Positions 1 through 14,888 of a DNA stretch of 64,000 nt are shown piece by piece; within the stretch, counting starts at the first letter, position 1, and every line of letters begins with the position of its first letter. The stretch is from Camelus ferus (taxonomy: Eukaryota): the NCBI RefSeq assembly GCF_009834535.1, contig NC_045697.1:79796001-79860000 (forward strand). The letters run 5' to 3'. The notes under the pieces were generated by a model that made no database searches, had not been told where the DNA came from, and saw only the letters and a program-made list of their open reading frames with translations. A program made the position numbers and the translations under genes.

Positions 1-2204
1 ATCATAATGCTGATCTTTGACCATAAATATCTCTACGTGGCAAATTGAGTCAGTTTAGGGCAGGGTGTTCTAACTTTTAAAAAATTATTGAAAAATTTAA
101 AAAAGCAAAACATTATGGGAATTGTATATGAGAACTTTGGTATTTTCTGTGTCAGAATTTCAGTTCTCTTTTCATATATTGTGTATCCCCAAAGATTCCT
201 TTTCCTAGGTGTTCTAAATATTTGCCCTGAATTCAGAGGGTGTGGTGGCAAGATGCCCTCCTCTCTTATTTTATAGCACTGTCTCACTATAATCACTGCA
301 CAGAGGGGGAGGCGACAGACCTAAAGACCAATATTTTAAAATGAAAATCAGGAAGGAAAAAAAACTAGAACAAGTACAGACACTTTGCATTCAGTAGTTT
401 AGAGATGCTGTTAGAACAATGAGAACTACCCATCCTATTGGCTTATTTAGATGAGTATGAATATCTGCTTGAGTTTTCTCACATTCAGTCAAATCTGTGT
501 TTCACCTGTCACAATTGTCTAGTATTTTCTGTGTAACTGACAGTAAATCATTTCAGTGTCCTCTTAGAGCAGTCACATTCAGAAGATGAGATCTACATAT
601 GAATTTGGTATGTGTATGTTACTGTCATGAACCATACATAGTAAGTATACTTAATAATTGTCTATGCAACTGAGCCTTAGTGTGATTTATCATGTATCGT
701 CATTTATGTAGAAAAGTTGTTCAAAAGCTGATATTTAAATGGCCAAAGAATATACTTCATGAATAGCCTGTCGGAATTAGTTCTGTTCTGCCTCAGCATG
801 AAGAGGGGAAGACTATCACAGAGGTGTATACTTACAAATCATTCCTCTGTCCTAGTACTTTGGTGTGGCTTTGGGCTGCACACCTGTGCACTGCTGGGTC
901 ACGCAGCATGTAATGGGGACGTGTGCCCAAGACAGAGTTAAGGCAAATTTGTTGTACTCAGGGCTGTGAAGTTTCTTCTAAATCTCCTGAAAGAAAACTA
1001 ATGGCATATTCAATATGGTTCAATATGGTTCTCAGCATCCCATCCTCTGTAGAAAGTCAAGGTACTGCTCTGTCCTGATGATAGTGTATTATCCTGTATA
1101 GCACAAGGTGAGGAGAAGGATTGAGGAAATGTCCTGTAAGTAGCTCCTCTGCCACCCATTTCAGAAGACACGCATCAAAGTTTGTGGATTCAGCAAGATA
1201 AAATAAATTTGCAGTGAGGTTTATTTGCAGAGCAGTTTTTGTGTGTGTATGTGGTGTGGGTTTCAAGGTACTATAATTGTTTGATCATTTTGAACACATA
1301 AATCTGATATTAGAATAGAATTTACATTGTAGAGTGTACCCCCTAGTTCTAGGGAAAGGATTTGGTTCTTCCAAGACAACATTCAGAACAAAAAGAAACA
1401 AGTGACAGGAGTAAAATAAAGTAGGTATGTAAAATTCTTTTTGTTGTTGTTGAGAATTTTGTACTTATACTTGAGAATTCAGAAATTGGCAATGTTTTGC
1501 TCATAGCCTGTAATTTATAGTAGTGACTATGAAAAGCCTTAAACTATGCATTTGTTTTCCTAAATTTAGACTATTTTGAAAACCACATTTGAGTAGCATT
1601 AATAAAATGTTCATAACACATTACTCTGAGACACTGAATAAGTCCATGTACTGGAGTTCTAGGATAAATAGTGACTGGGTTTTGGTTTGAATTGCTCAGC
1701 TAGTTAGGGCTTTGTGCTGGTCTGGCCACTGTAGTCCAGACAGGCCAATTATCTTCATTCTCAAAGGCATGGACTTCATTCTTAACCTCAGAGAGTGGCT
1801 GATCAAAGGGAGAAAGTGCAGGAGAACACTTAGATGTGTGCGAACCCAAATCTATTACCCAAACACATACACTTTTAAAAAATGAATGTTCTATTGACAC
1901 ATTTGTGTGTGTCAAGATTATCTTCTAATTACTTATCTCCTCAATATGAAAAGGAATTCTGTCTTTTGTAGAAGATCCAAATGAGGAGCAACAATAGTAA
2001 AATAATGAAAGTAAAATGAAGGTTCTCTATGATTTTATGATGATGTTTACCTAAGTCAAATTTGTTTGAATAAATTATGGTTTAACCAATAAGCTGAGCA
2101 ATTTAATTATAGAAGAAGTATTCATTAGGAAAAATATTTCAGTCCATTGGAACAACATTTTACAAGAATAAATAAAAAGGAATAGTTAAAAATATTGAGA
2201 AATT

Positions 2205-2430
2205 ATCATAGTATTAGGTGCTAGCCACTGTGCTAAGAATTCTACATAGATTATCTAATTTTTCCCCTCACAATAATCTGATGAGTAGATGCTGTATTAT
2301 CCTCATATTAAAGATGAGATTGATGTCTAAAGGGATTGAAAAACTTCCCTGACTGAATTCATATAGCTACCCAGGTGTTACCCCAGGTCAAATCTATCAT
2401 TCTGCCTGTCTCCAAAACCCTGTGCTCTGC
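2205..2430 (-). mobile_element. MIR SINE
   Basis: cactgtgctaagaattctacatagattatcta...cctcacaataatctgatgagtagatgctgtattatcctcat. Confidence 0.7.
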
Positions 2431-5400
2431 TGAAAGAACAAACTTTTAAACAGTTAAAATAGGATCAAAAATGAAAAAGCAAAATAAGGGTTTCTTCATG
2501 TCCAAACCCACTGAACCAATATGCCTTCACTGACTGGTCAATGATCAATGAATCTAAAAGGCTATTTTGGATTGATTTTTTTCAAATGTATTTCAAAAAC
2601 ACAATTATAAATCCAAATAGGAAAATGTTTTCTATGTAGTTGTTGACTAAAATTATCAGATGCTTTCATAATAAGCCAAGCCAAATATGAGTTCCTAGTC
2701 TTAGCACTGGAACATTAAAGAATGAAGCTTTCTTTCTACATTGGTGTTTCCATCTGTGCTTGAGCTATTTTAGGCAAATGGCTGACACTCTTAACATAGC
2801 TGCTCCAATATAAGAGGGAGTTTGTTAGTGAGTTCATGTTGCTTGTCCTAATTCAAAAGGTCACTAATCTATCATGTGTTCCATAATCTCATTACACAGC
2901 AGGGACCTCTTTCCAGTTGTTAAAGAATCAGTAGGAGTGATTGGGCTGTTACACGGGGCAGTCAGGCATTTGTCTCCTGGCCGACGTAGGAACCTACACT
3001 TTTTGAGAAGATGGGAGGTCTGTTTCATCTGCAAACTCTTCCAGATGGTCTGACCCCAAATGGCTCTCATGCCTGATTTGTGAAGGTAGTTCTTAGGCAA
3101 CAGCAACAAGTATATGTGGTTTGGGAACTTACTCCTACTTTGACAGAATGGCTTGATCAGATAAAGAACTACTCTTGGAACAGCTTTCTGAATCACTGGC
3201 CAGAGTCCAATGGAAAAGTGACATTCTTCTCCTTATTGCTTCTTTCTGATAATAATTTTAAAGGCTGATTATTTTCTTAAACATCTTATTTATAATTTAT
3301 CCATGTGTGAAGACAATGAGCTTAATGGAAGTATTTTTTCCTTTGTAGAGCAATTAATTTTTCTTTCCAAAAAGGATAGTGGGAGATACTTTTTGTATGC
3401 TGCCCATGTAACAGCGTCAAGAGTGTAAGAAAAAATGATATACACACGTACTTATATATTTGTATTATTCTGCGTTTCAGCTATGATATTATTGGAACTG
3501 GTTAGAAACTTTTGATTTAAAAAATAATGTTGTAACCAGACTCTAACTCATAGTTGCCTGGATGTTGGAAGTGTCTTTATTATTGCTGTTGTCACAGAAA
3601 GTTTCTATAATGAACTATCCTAATTCTAAAAACCTAATGCTATGCCAGGTACAAATTTTAGATTCTTGTCTAAAGCTGGATTTTTAATTTGAAGCTATAC
3701 ATTGGATTTCCAAATATTCAAACAGGATTCCTTCCCCTCAGGGTGGGTTTTCATCTGTGTATGTGAGGATCTAGGATGGCAGTCTCAAGTTCCGACTCAG
3801 GAGTCGGGGTCATGTAGACACTATCATGTGATGGCCTAATCTATAATGCAAATATCATGTACCTTAATACTTTAAAATAAAGAAATATCCATGTGCATTT
3901 TGGAACTTTTGCTATTTGGAATGGTTTCTCAGATTTATTTCATGGTGACCAGTGAGTTTAGATCTTATTGTATTCTTTGCTGGCTGTACAGCTCTTTGTG
4001 TATTTCTATATAAATATATATTACCCTTTTATAGTACCTTTTTTTGACATCCAGAAGAGCCTTATTTTGAGTAGAGATTATTTAATACTATGTGAACTGC
4101 AGAAGTGAACAGTTGGGAGTAAAGCAATAAACTGAGAATATGTGGTCCAATATGGAACTCCCAGAATGTCTTTGATACAAGTAATTATGTTGTGGGGGTG
4201 ACTGATACTTAGGCAGATGTGGCTGACTACATCCTTCTGTATACAGAATATTTTGGGGTATGAGAATGATCCCTTGCCTCTGTACAATGGAAATTGTCTA
4301 GTACATATACACTTACTATTTATCCAATAATTTCAAGGCTGTATGACTCACATATTTAAAAACAGAATTAATAATGCCTTTTCTTTCTACAGTACTAATT
4401 TGATTATTTTCCATAGGCTTACCATGATGAAAAGTAATTATGTCTGTTCACCCTAAAGTGACCTTGAAGAAATGAGGTGCTTATACCAATTTAGGTAACA
4501 GATGATAAGTGTCTGTTAGCTGACCAAAATTCAAGTTCTATAGTGTAATATCTACTTAGAATCTAAAATGTTGATATTGAATATGAAATTTGGTAAAAAT
4601 ATATCCAGTGGAACATATGTGAATATGTGTTGATATATATGTGTGTATATAACAAATCTTTGGATATTACCAAATGATAGCAAAAGATACCACAAAATTT
4701 GCCATGTTTTCTGAGTGATAGTATTGGTTTATCATTTAGTAAAAGCTTGCAAATCATACCTGCAGCCAATATTGCAGATAAGATAACACTTGATAACAGT
4801 CACTATTAAAATAAGAAATTCCGAGAAAGATGGATTTTAGCATTGCGTTCTCAGAAAGTAAATTGTAGTCTTTGAGTTCACTTTCCTCCATGTGTCTAGT
4901 CAAAGTTTGCACTTCTTTAACAATGCGGATAAGTCACTTTCCATTGTAAAAAAATTGTTTTTTGTCACAGTCAAAAAAACATTGTTTTTATATGGCCACT
5001 TTCTCAGTTGGTAGCAGAAGGAAGATCAAATAAACTCATAAGTAGTAATCTACATCTATAATATTTATTATAGATTATTTTCATTTGCTGGCAGTTATAG
5101 GTAGGTATTTTTTATACTGTAATTTTAAAAATTCTTGAAAATTAATGTAAATTTGGGAATCAAAAAACAGACCATGGAAAATAGTGTTTTGTCACATAAT
5201 AAAATATTTCTACTTTTTAAAATTATGAAACTGAACTCAATGCAAATATAAAAGTAAGGCTGAAAAATACATTTCAGATCTATTTTGAGTAGACATCGTG
5301 ACAATTCTTGCAAATTTTCACTTAAATACATTAGAATTTGTTTAGATTACAAAAGGAGAAATACTTTTCTGCTTTTTATCTCATTTGATGTCTCAAATGG

Positions 5401-6464
5401 CACCTTATTTATGGAAAGCTTACCACTCAGGCAACTTTATTATAATTTTGTTTTATTTTTGGATTGAACATTAAACCTAAAAGATTAAACTGAAATTTGA
5501 TTTTTTTTTTGTAAACACAAAATGTTTTTTTTTTTTCAGTAGATATGTACAAATAAATGGCTTTCCTTTCATTTGAAAGTCATTTTTGGAACTTTAAGTA
5601 ATATGGTCCAGTTTAAATTGTCTTGTTCTTAGGTTTAAAAGATGTACATTACTTATTTTAGGGAAATTTTGCCTCTTTAATTCTTTATGAATTTGAAGCT
5701 CTTTAGAGTTTGATATGACGTAAGTTCATTTTGCTGTGAGTCTGACATTAAAAAAAAGGACCCTTCCACCTACCTCATCATCTCTCTGTGCGGATTAAGC
5801 TCCCTCAACAATACTCTGAGTGGCTTATCATGGTAATGGGATTGTGTGCCTGTCTTAATCGTGTTTCCCACATGCAGGTGCCTGTTGTTCAGTGAGCATA
5901 CGCACAGCAGCTGGCGGTGCCAGGCGGCGTCCAGCTGGGATTAACCAGGAGGGCTCTGCACGGCACTGTGGCACACGGCCACCTTCTGTTTTTCCCATGA
6001 CGGGAACACCCCATTCCCCCCACTTTTAGATAATCCAAACTATAGTGAACATTTTGGCCTTGTATGGTTCTTTGAGAAGTAAACAATCTTTTATTTATCA
6101 TCTAAATCACAAATTGCATTTAACTTTCTATGCAGTTGCATCTGTAGAAACTCTAACAAATAAAAAATTTTAGAATTGAAATTTAAACAAGTGTAATAAC
6201 TCTCAAATATCCATGGCACCTGGCTTGTATGTATAAGAAAGATAATATTATCATTGCAATCGCTCTCTTTTTTTCTCTCACTCTTTTCCTCTCTCTCTTG
6301 GACGCTCTCTCTCGCACATGTGTGTGTGTATTTATGTGTGTATACATGCAGGTGACTTTAATGTGTGAGTCATACTAGTTTCTTAAGAGTATAAACTTTT
6401 AGGGCTCCAAGTAGCTTAAAACAGAGAAGGAATTAGCTTAAAATTTCCAAATTCAAATGTCTTA

Positions 6465-6590
6465 TTTTATATGAGAAAACTGAGATGCAGAGAAATCAAG
6501 CACGTTGGCCAAAATCATGTAAGTGGTTCATGGCAGACATGAGTCTAGACTTGGTGTCTCCTGACTGCTAGAACACTGATCTTTCTATTG
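6465..6590 (-). mobile_element. MIR fragment
   Basis: atgagaaaactgagatgcagagaaatcaagcacgttggccaaaatcatgta. Confidence 0.65.
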
Positions 6591-7130
6591 CTTAGAGGTC
6601 ATCTCAAAAAGCAATCCAAGCCTAGTCATGCGAAGAGCATTTAAGTGTCGATTTTGAGTGAGGTACAGCTTTACAAAGGCCCCTTATCTGCTGTATGAAG
6701 GTCAACTTGACCATGAGGACAAGACATGTTCTAACACCAGGTAGTGTGTCACGTTTTCATCTGCAAGGTTATTATGCAAAAGCTCATTTCTTGATATTTG
6801 CTAATCAAGTGCTTCATGAGAACTTGCTACACTAGTGCTACCAAACTCGGGCTGTCTTTCAGCGGGGACTTGGCTGGAGTCACTACTCTGCTGTCACTGG
6901 GTTGAGGTATATATTTTATGATACTTGAAGACCTTTTAAAATTAGAACTTTCAAACAAACTTAAGAAGGTAGCCAAAATCAAAACATTATTAAGAAACTG
7001 TAAATAGATTTGTTGAACCGTTAACACACATCCATCTTGTAAAGGTGCTTGGTTTTACTTAATAGGCTGTGTGTAGCTTCAATTTTTAATCTCTTTCTAC
7101 TTTGATTCACGCTGTCCTCCTTGCCCCTTA

Positions 7131-7179
7131 ACACATGCACACACATACGCACGCACGCACGCGCACACACGTACACACA
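7131..7179. repeat. Compound CA/CACG alternating purine-pyrimidine tract
   Basis: acacatgcacacacatacgcacgcacgcacgcgcacacacgtacacaca. Confidence 0.9.
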
Positions 7180-7302
7180 GGCCTCTTACAGTTTTTGTAA
7201 GCTGACTGAAAGGGCTACTGGGCGCATTCTGTAGTGCTTTAAGTTCAGTTGTTGTGGTACTCTTATTAGGAAGAGTTTTTGGTTACTGGCTGGATGCTCC
7301 TT

Positions 7303-8700
7303 ATTCATCCACGTGTTCTTCACTCAATACACTTTTATTGAACGCCTCTTAATGACGGGACACTGCTGTGTAAAATACAATGTACAGAATGCTAAATCCT
7401 TGAGGCCAAGGAATATGTCTCTGTCATTTAATAGATGATGATTATACTTGGTGGTAACAGCAGTGATGGAGATGTCCATGGTCTACTGTCGGAGCACAGA
7501 AGAGGCCAGGCAAGAACTCCCACAAGTTCTGATGACTGAACTGAGCTTCAAGGGATAAGTAAGAGTGATCCAGGCTCAGGTGCAACAGAAGCATTTCCGA
7601 CAGAAGTTAGAGCATGACTCATGTCATGGGGATGGGCCAGCACATCCAGGGAACAAGGGCATAATGGAGGAGAGGTTGGAGTCTGGAACAGGACCAGGTG
7701 CTCTGATGTGTGTGAGGTGTATAACTTCAGACAAGTAATTTAGCTTCTCTGTGGTTCAGTTTCCTCATCTGTAAAAATTGAGATAATTAAAGAACCTGCC
7801 TGATAGGGTTTCTGTGAGAATTACATGAGTTAATATATGTAAAGTTCTTAAAACAGGGCTTGGCAATAGTGAGCATCATGTAAGTTTTCCACTGCTAGAT
7901 TATAAAGTAAAAAAGTAAGTAAGGTGCGTGATAAATGAAGCTGAAGATGTAGGCAGAAGTAAAACTATTGTACCTCATGTTAATGAGCTGGGACTAATGA
8001 GTAATTAAAGAGGAGACTGTAAAAGGCTTTAAGCAATGGGCTGACATGACCAGATTTATTTTTTCCATCACAGTAGAGACTGCAGAGAATGGAAAAGTCT
8101 AGGGACCAAACTTATTTAGGGAGCTCTAAAGCTTGTGAGATGTGCTATGGGAATGAACTAAGATGTAGTGGTAGGTGTGGAGAGGAAGAGACAGATAAAG
8201 GCAAATTCATCTGAAGAGGCCATTAGGTGGACGTAGTCCTGAGGTGGAGTAGGGGAAGAGTTAGAGTCAAAAATGACTCCTAGGTGTCCCTTTCTGGTGA
8301 TTTGGTAGCTGGTGGTACTAGCAGCTGATGCAGCCAACAGTAAAGGATGAGCAGGCTGAGAGGGAAAGGTGCTGGGTCCTGATTTTCACATGTGGGGCTT
8401 GCGGTTCCTGTGGAACATGCAGAGAGAAAGTACAGCAAACCTTTGAAGGGTGATACTTGGCGGAAAGGTCAGGACAAGTATAATTTTAAGAACTAACAGC
8501 ACGATGAGGTTGAAGGCATGAGAAGTAATGAAATCACTCATGGATGGAGGACAGAGTCTTGGAGTGACACCTGTAGTTACAGGGAAGGCTAAGGAAGAGA
8601 TTCTCAGGATGGAGACACGAAAGGAGATACAAGAGCTCCTAGGAAGAGCTGGGAAAGAGAACATGCTCATCTTTGCTCCCAGGTGTGATTTCCCCACATA
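7303..8700 (-). mobile_element. L2 LINE fragments, interrupted by a MIR
   Basis: Starts with L2 3'-end-like ttcatcc...tttattgaacgcctc..gacactg and continues with purine-rich degenerate L2-like sequence. Confidence 0.6.
7670..7890 (+). mobile_element. MIR SINE
   Basis: MIR core ttctctgtggttcagtttcctcatctgtaaaaattgagataat...tagggtttctgtgagaattacatgagttaatatatgtaaag. Confidence 0.85.
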
Positions 8701-11700
8701 TGGACGCCAGGCTTAGAGTCTAACAAGTATTCCTTTGAGGCTGCACTTTGCATATGGTAGCCCAAACCGTGAGCCTGAGGTTGCTTGGTTTTCCGACTCC
8801 ACCCAGGCTGCATGGAAATAAGTTAACTGGTTTCTCCCTGGTAGGCGGACCAAGCTTGTTCTCCCATCCATACTGCTCACACAATCATTGTGTCTTTGGG
8901 GCCATTCAGTAAAGCTAGTTGATTTTCTAAGCATGCTATTATGAGTCTCTCTAGTTGGGACATTAAATAAATCATTTGGGCTGTTATTCCCAAATTAAAG
9001 AGATCATAAAGATCACAAGTTAAATCATTTGAACAACTACTCCCAAAGAAAACCAAAATAAATCTCCATGATATTTGATTTTTTGTTTCTTTATTTATTT
9101 CTTATCTCTATGATATTTTCTTCAAACAGTTTTCTCCTGGGTGTTGGAACTATATGAACTTTATAGCCACATCTTTGCAATAAAACAAATCTGCTAATAA
9201 CTGCTTATGAATAGCAGATAAAAATCTTCTTTTCCTGCCTTCATGTGTGAATTTCTCCTACGCAATGAAAGAATTTTAAGGATACACAAAAATGGAGGCA
9301 GTTATGTATATACTGGGTGTGTTGCATGTAAGTGATGATGGAAATTATTATAAGAATATTTACTTTGTTATTTTAAAATAATTTGCATACTAGAGGTCCC
9401 TGGAAATCCTTTAAATTATATTACCCATGTTTGTTTCTACCAGTTGCTATATTGTGAATGTCATACAAATAGGTATCCCATAAAAACTGGAAAATTTTAC
9501 CTTGATATCATATAATGAAAGGCAAGTAAAAATAGATACTATTTTAGTAATTGATTAGAAAAGTGCCTGGAGGAGCACCTGAATGGATTTTCCTGATTTC
9601 AGAAGTAGAGTTTGATATCAAATGAGGATCAAGAGAGTGATCAGGAAAAGAAGAGGAGTGATCAGAAGTGACTCATATGACTGTATATTTGTGTTACAGA
9701 GAGAATAATGACATGGCTAAGTGTCCCAAAATGTAGGCAATTTTATAATAAATAAACAGTAAATGACTACTGTAGATTTAGGACAACACTAAAAAGTTAT
9801 AGAATCAAGTAAGGAATGTCAGACTCAACAGATTAAGAAAGTTGTAAATGAAATCAAGTTCCCGAAAGTAACAGGTGAAGTAAGCAGATCACAGAAGATG
9901 CTGTAGAAAAAGAGAGAGGACTGCTGGGCATGTAATCAGCAAGGAGAGCAGAACGAGCGAGGTCAGGGAGACATGAAGAAAAGAACATTTATGCCCTAAT
10001 TAGCCAGCAATTTGTTATAAAACAGCCTTGCCACCTGGAGAGCAGAATCTTAGAATTTATTGGCACAAGCCGTCAAATGAGCCGAATTAGAGCAGGCCAT
10101 CGTCCAGGTGTCCAGCACAGGCTACAGTGGACAGTTAGCAACAGAACACACCTCAGGAAGACTGAGAGGGGAGAAAGTGCACTTTGGTAAAAGAAGGGAT
10201 GATGCAATCGAAGAAGATCTGCATAAGTTCATGAGATGTACATATTGCAGTCAGTCTTTTGAAAGTCAAATAATGCATCTGGCCTTTGGCACAACTATGT
10301 GATATCTTAAACAGAGTGGGGTTTTTTTGCTAGTGAAACTAAATAGGACAAGAAAAGAGCTGTTCATCTCTTTATTGCATCATCATTTATGCTAAACTTT
10401 TCCATTAAAGGGTAATGTTTCTCTTTCACCTTGGGGACTGCGTGTGACTCATTGTTCCTTCTTATGCTGAATATCCAGTGTGTCTCTCTAGCTCATCATT
10501 TTCCCTCTACCACAGTGCCTATTCATTCCTCCTTTTCTGGCTTCCCTCAGGGATGCATGACTGTTCCACCTGTAGTGCTGCTGCCAGAGTTATCTCCTCT
10601 GCTTGACTCTGGTAACCTCCTCCTCCCTTTCATCTTGTTTTCTAGGCATGGTGGCTTTATAGCTTTGCACCGTGCTGTAAATTGATGTTATTTCCCTCTG
10701 TGTTGACACTTGACCAGAATAATTTAACCCATCTTATTATCCGAAGCCAAGTTGAATGTCTTGGACAACACAGAGAATTGGCACATAAATTCTCCTCTCT
10801 GTGTCTTTCTGTGCAGAGAGATTATGTTTTATATTCTCCAAACTAAAATGTAGCTTCCAGGATTCATTTCTCTTGTTTTGGAATGCTTTCTGTTCTTCTA
10901 GACAAAGTTGATCAGCTTTCCTTTGTACGCTACTGAGCTCTATTCCTAGAATGCCAACGTTCACTTTATTATTTTAAAAATCTCAGCATTGCTAAGGTTC
11001 ATGAAATTATGAGTACTAGTTAGAAGTGAAGTGGTGATTCTCCAAGCACGTGATTACCTGGCACTTTTACTCTGGGATTAATTAGTGTAAATGATATTGT
11101 TTCATGTTTGAATTTTTTTTCTTCTAATACCGACTAAACTTAGTGACTCTAAGTTTGAGTTCCAACGAAAATGCAGTTACTTGAATTTCCTGGTTTTGAT
11201 GTATCAGGAAAGCACTTCATTTGTCTGAAAGACAGAATATTGGTTTGCCCTGTGAGTCTATCAGTATAATTTTGGATTCAACCAATTAAACACTATTTTC
11301 TTGGGTAGGAACCATTCCTGCTCAGTTAGACTGTACTACACTTCTTTCAACAGAGATCCAGTGACGCCATTCCCTGGTGTAACTTCCCTGACTTTACTTG
11401 CTGCTTCCATTGAATTCACTGAGTCTTTTGAAAACCCTTAAACACTAATTAAATTAATTTATGGCATATGTCATTAACATTCCATTCTGCCGTGGTCTTT
11501 TCTGTTTAAGACAATAAGCCCTGGGACATTTGAAATGCTTATATTTACTTGCTTAGCAAATCCTCAGTACCCATCATAACATCCAATTTTGATGACAGTA
11601 ATGGTGATGCATAAAGGAGACTATCACACCCCAGAGAAGTTATGGGCCAAGCATGTCTTGTTAGATTTATTTAGAGAGAAATAACACATAGAATAAAGCC

Positions 11701-14224
11701 CTAAGAATAAGATGGAGTTTGCTTTAAATTGAGATGACAACTATCCCTTATTCCTAAAATAATGACTACTTCTAATGTATACTGTACGTGTCTTACTTAC
11801 ATCACTTTTATTTAAAAACAAAGCCTAAATAAAATAGGAGCTGACAGAGGCTTAGACCTGATGCCTGACATCTTTTCAGTCAGATTAGAGACAGGGACTG
11901 GCAGACAGAACCGCATGGTTTCAAACGTCAGTAAGCTGACAGTATAGTAGGCTAGACTATAAACAGCAGTTATGGTTCACTGTGATGACGCCCATGGTAC
12001 ATGGTTTTAAAGAGGGCTGTAGAAATGCACAGTACAGTTCCCTATTCAGGCCCAGGGATCAGGTAGGACTTCATAAACATCTCCATTTATCTCATACCTT
12101 GTATTTTACCTGGATCGTAGCCTACCTTGGCTGCCAAGATAACTCCTCCCAGAATTAAATCCATCTTCTCCTTTACCAGGCTTCCTCTTTCCTTGATCAA
12201 CTAATATGTTTACTCTTCCCTACTCCCTACTCTCACCCCTGGTAGGATTCATTGCTTTCTTTTTGTTGCCATAATAGCTTTATAATCTAGTCTAGGCTTA
12301 GTTAGTGGTACACCCTCCCCCTCCCCTGTTTTTAATAAAATCAGCACTATACAGCCAGAGAGATCAGACAGAAAGACAAGTACCTAGAGTAGGCATTTAT
12401 GAGCTAACCCCCCACTTTTATCAATACTTTTACTATTACCCTATTGATACAAGTAGAAGGGGGCTCTGGCTTCATGATAACCTAAGGGTTACTTGGTTTG
12501 GGAAAGAAGGCCCAAACATAGCTTTTGTAACAATCTTTCTGTACTCAAACCAGATCCCCTTTCCAGGGTGTCTCCAGCAGGGAGGGATGAATCAGAGATT
12601 CAGTTGTGTGGAGTCATATAACAAGCAAACAAGCAACGTAGACAGTCGGATTTCTGGGGGAAGACTGTATTTTGAAGGCTACAGAGTTCAAGTGCCAGGC
12701 TATTCGGTGTTCAAATGCCAGTCCTCTTGCCAGACTGGCCTTTGTGGTGTCCAAATAAAGTAAGCATGAGATATTCTCAAACTTAGAAGACTTTTCTTAG
12801 AGGCATGATGGGAGCGGGATGTGAGATCACCCTAATGAGTTGTATAGGGAGGTTGTGGGAGTTGTTTAGGCAGTAACAATGCCTTATTCAATACTCAGCT
12901 GAAATGTGAGTGTAAGAAATTACCATGATGACTTTGATGTTCTTTCTTTTTTCTTAGAAAAGCAGTTACTTCACAAAATTTTTTTCACTGTCCCATCTTT
13001 CCAGCTCCCAAAGCATGTGTTTAGACTCTTTATTGGGTGCTATAATTATAGTTTTACAGTCTCTATTCAAACACTATTATAGAATTTATGACAATTGCAT
13101 TGTGCTATTAGTAGACCTGCCTATTTTTTCCACACTGTTCTTTAATTCTTGGAGTTTTGCACAATACCTGGCGTATAAATGTTGCTCAGTTAATTGAATT
13201 TATTTTTTAAATAATGAGTAAATTAGCTCTTATTACTGATTGAACATATACGATTTAGATCTCTACTAAATAATACTGAAAAATACTAGAACAGATATAT
13301 CTGGATAACATGGCCAGGACAACCAAGGATACCTAGACCATCTGTAATTCAGGTAAAACCAGGACTCAGCCTGAATTATTTAAATCATTCCCTGAGTCCC
13401 CTACAGAAGACTAGGCAAGAAGTAGGACAAAACAAGGAGAACGGCACTCTTTCCTACAGCCAGCTTTTCAAATACTCCATTTTCTTGTTTCCATGGCAAG
13501 AAAATCTCCTGGGTGCATTGCCAGGAGATTCTCCCTTAGGAATTGGAAAAAAGAAAGAAAAGAAGGGAAGACACAGAAACCCACTGCAGTGTTTTCTGAA
13601 AACAGCTTGGCTCTCCTGCTGATCATCGACGGCTGCCACGCCATAGAAACACCTCATCCGATGGCGCCCAGGCTGCCTCTACTCAGCAGGCTGGAAGCTT
13701 GTGATTAATTTTGTTTGACAGCAGCAAAAAGTGTGCCCTACCTTGGATGTCCATGGATTATTTCCAGTATGGTTGCTGCTGAAAATTCCATTAATGATTT
13801 CTATTATCTATTCAACTTGAAGGGAGGAGAAAAGTGCTTTTCTGAAAAAAGAAAAGTAAATTGGACCCAGTCTTATGGAAAATCCTTATCCCCAGAGTGG
13901 ACATCTGATGGCAGAGGAGTTGAGGAATAGATCAGCAATGTCAAACATTTTTTTTTTTAACAGAAAGGATTTGGTTTAACATTGACATTGTATCACTAGA
14001 GATCATGTTGCAACCGATAAAAATTTTTGATAGATGTGCTTTCTTTTTCTTCCCAGTATTCAAAGATGGCAAATTTTCATGTTCATCTTGATGTGTATTT
14101 ATTAAGTGCCTACTGTGTTCAAGGTGCTCAGTAAATATTTATTGAGTTGAACTGAGTGTCCTATTATAAATGTTTATGCCTAAGACCTAGTGCAAGCCAT
14201 TAGAGAGGCTGTCATCCAAGATGG

Positions 14225-14405
14225 TGATTCTCAACTGTGGCCACACATTAGAATCCTCATGGAGAACTTTAAAACTATTCTGATGCCTGGGTCTCACTCT
14301 CTGGAGATTTTGATTGAATTAGTCTTGGGTGGGGCTTGTGGTCTCAGTATTTTTCCTACGTCTCCTCATATGTAATGTGCCAGTGGATTTGGGAATAAAC
14401 AACTG
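14225..14405. mobile_element. MER5B-like DNA transposon
   Basis: gtgattctcaactgtggccacacattagaatc...ctgatgcctgggtctcac...ttagtcttgggtggggc. Confidence 0.7.
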
Positions 14406-14888
14406 GTCTATAGAAGATGAGAAGGTAGTACATGGCCAAGTCCCAGCAGGTGTTCAGAAGACAGTGTTTTAATCATTTGTCTATGTGAAAAGTATTAGAA
14501 TTGAAAAGGAAGGCAAATTCCGTTTTATTGAGGCCATCAGGAGAAACTTCATGAAAAATAATATTTCAATGGGCTTTAAATGTGTAAAATTTTGATTGGC
14601 AGAGTTGGGCATCCAGGAAGAGTGTCCAAGGCAAGGATGAGAAAGAATGGGGCCAGTTCTGTGAACACTGAGGAACTAATGCATGATTATGACAAAAGGA
14701 GTACGTAGTTGATGACTATTATGAAAAGTACCATGGATTTGTAATTTTGGCTATCTAGTAAGAACTTGAATACATTTATGAAATGTTGAGCTATTTCAGC
14801 CAACTTTTTCCCTCATGCTCCTAAAACAAGATTGAAAGTACCTCATGTATGGTGGAATCGGCATAGATTTTAAGATGCTCTATGGTGC

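Noticed and set aside
1009..1030. 10-bp tandem duplication caatatggtt
   Set aside because: Ordinary slippage duplication with no other supporting signal.
12305..12763. 152-aa ORF
   Set aside because: GTG start and no protein family resemblance. It may overlap an old repeat I cannot name.
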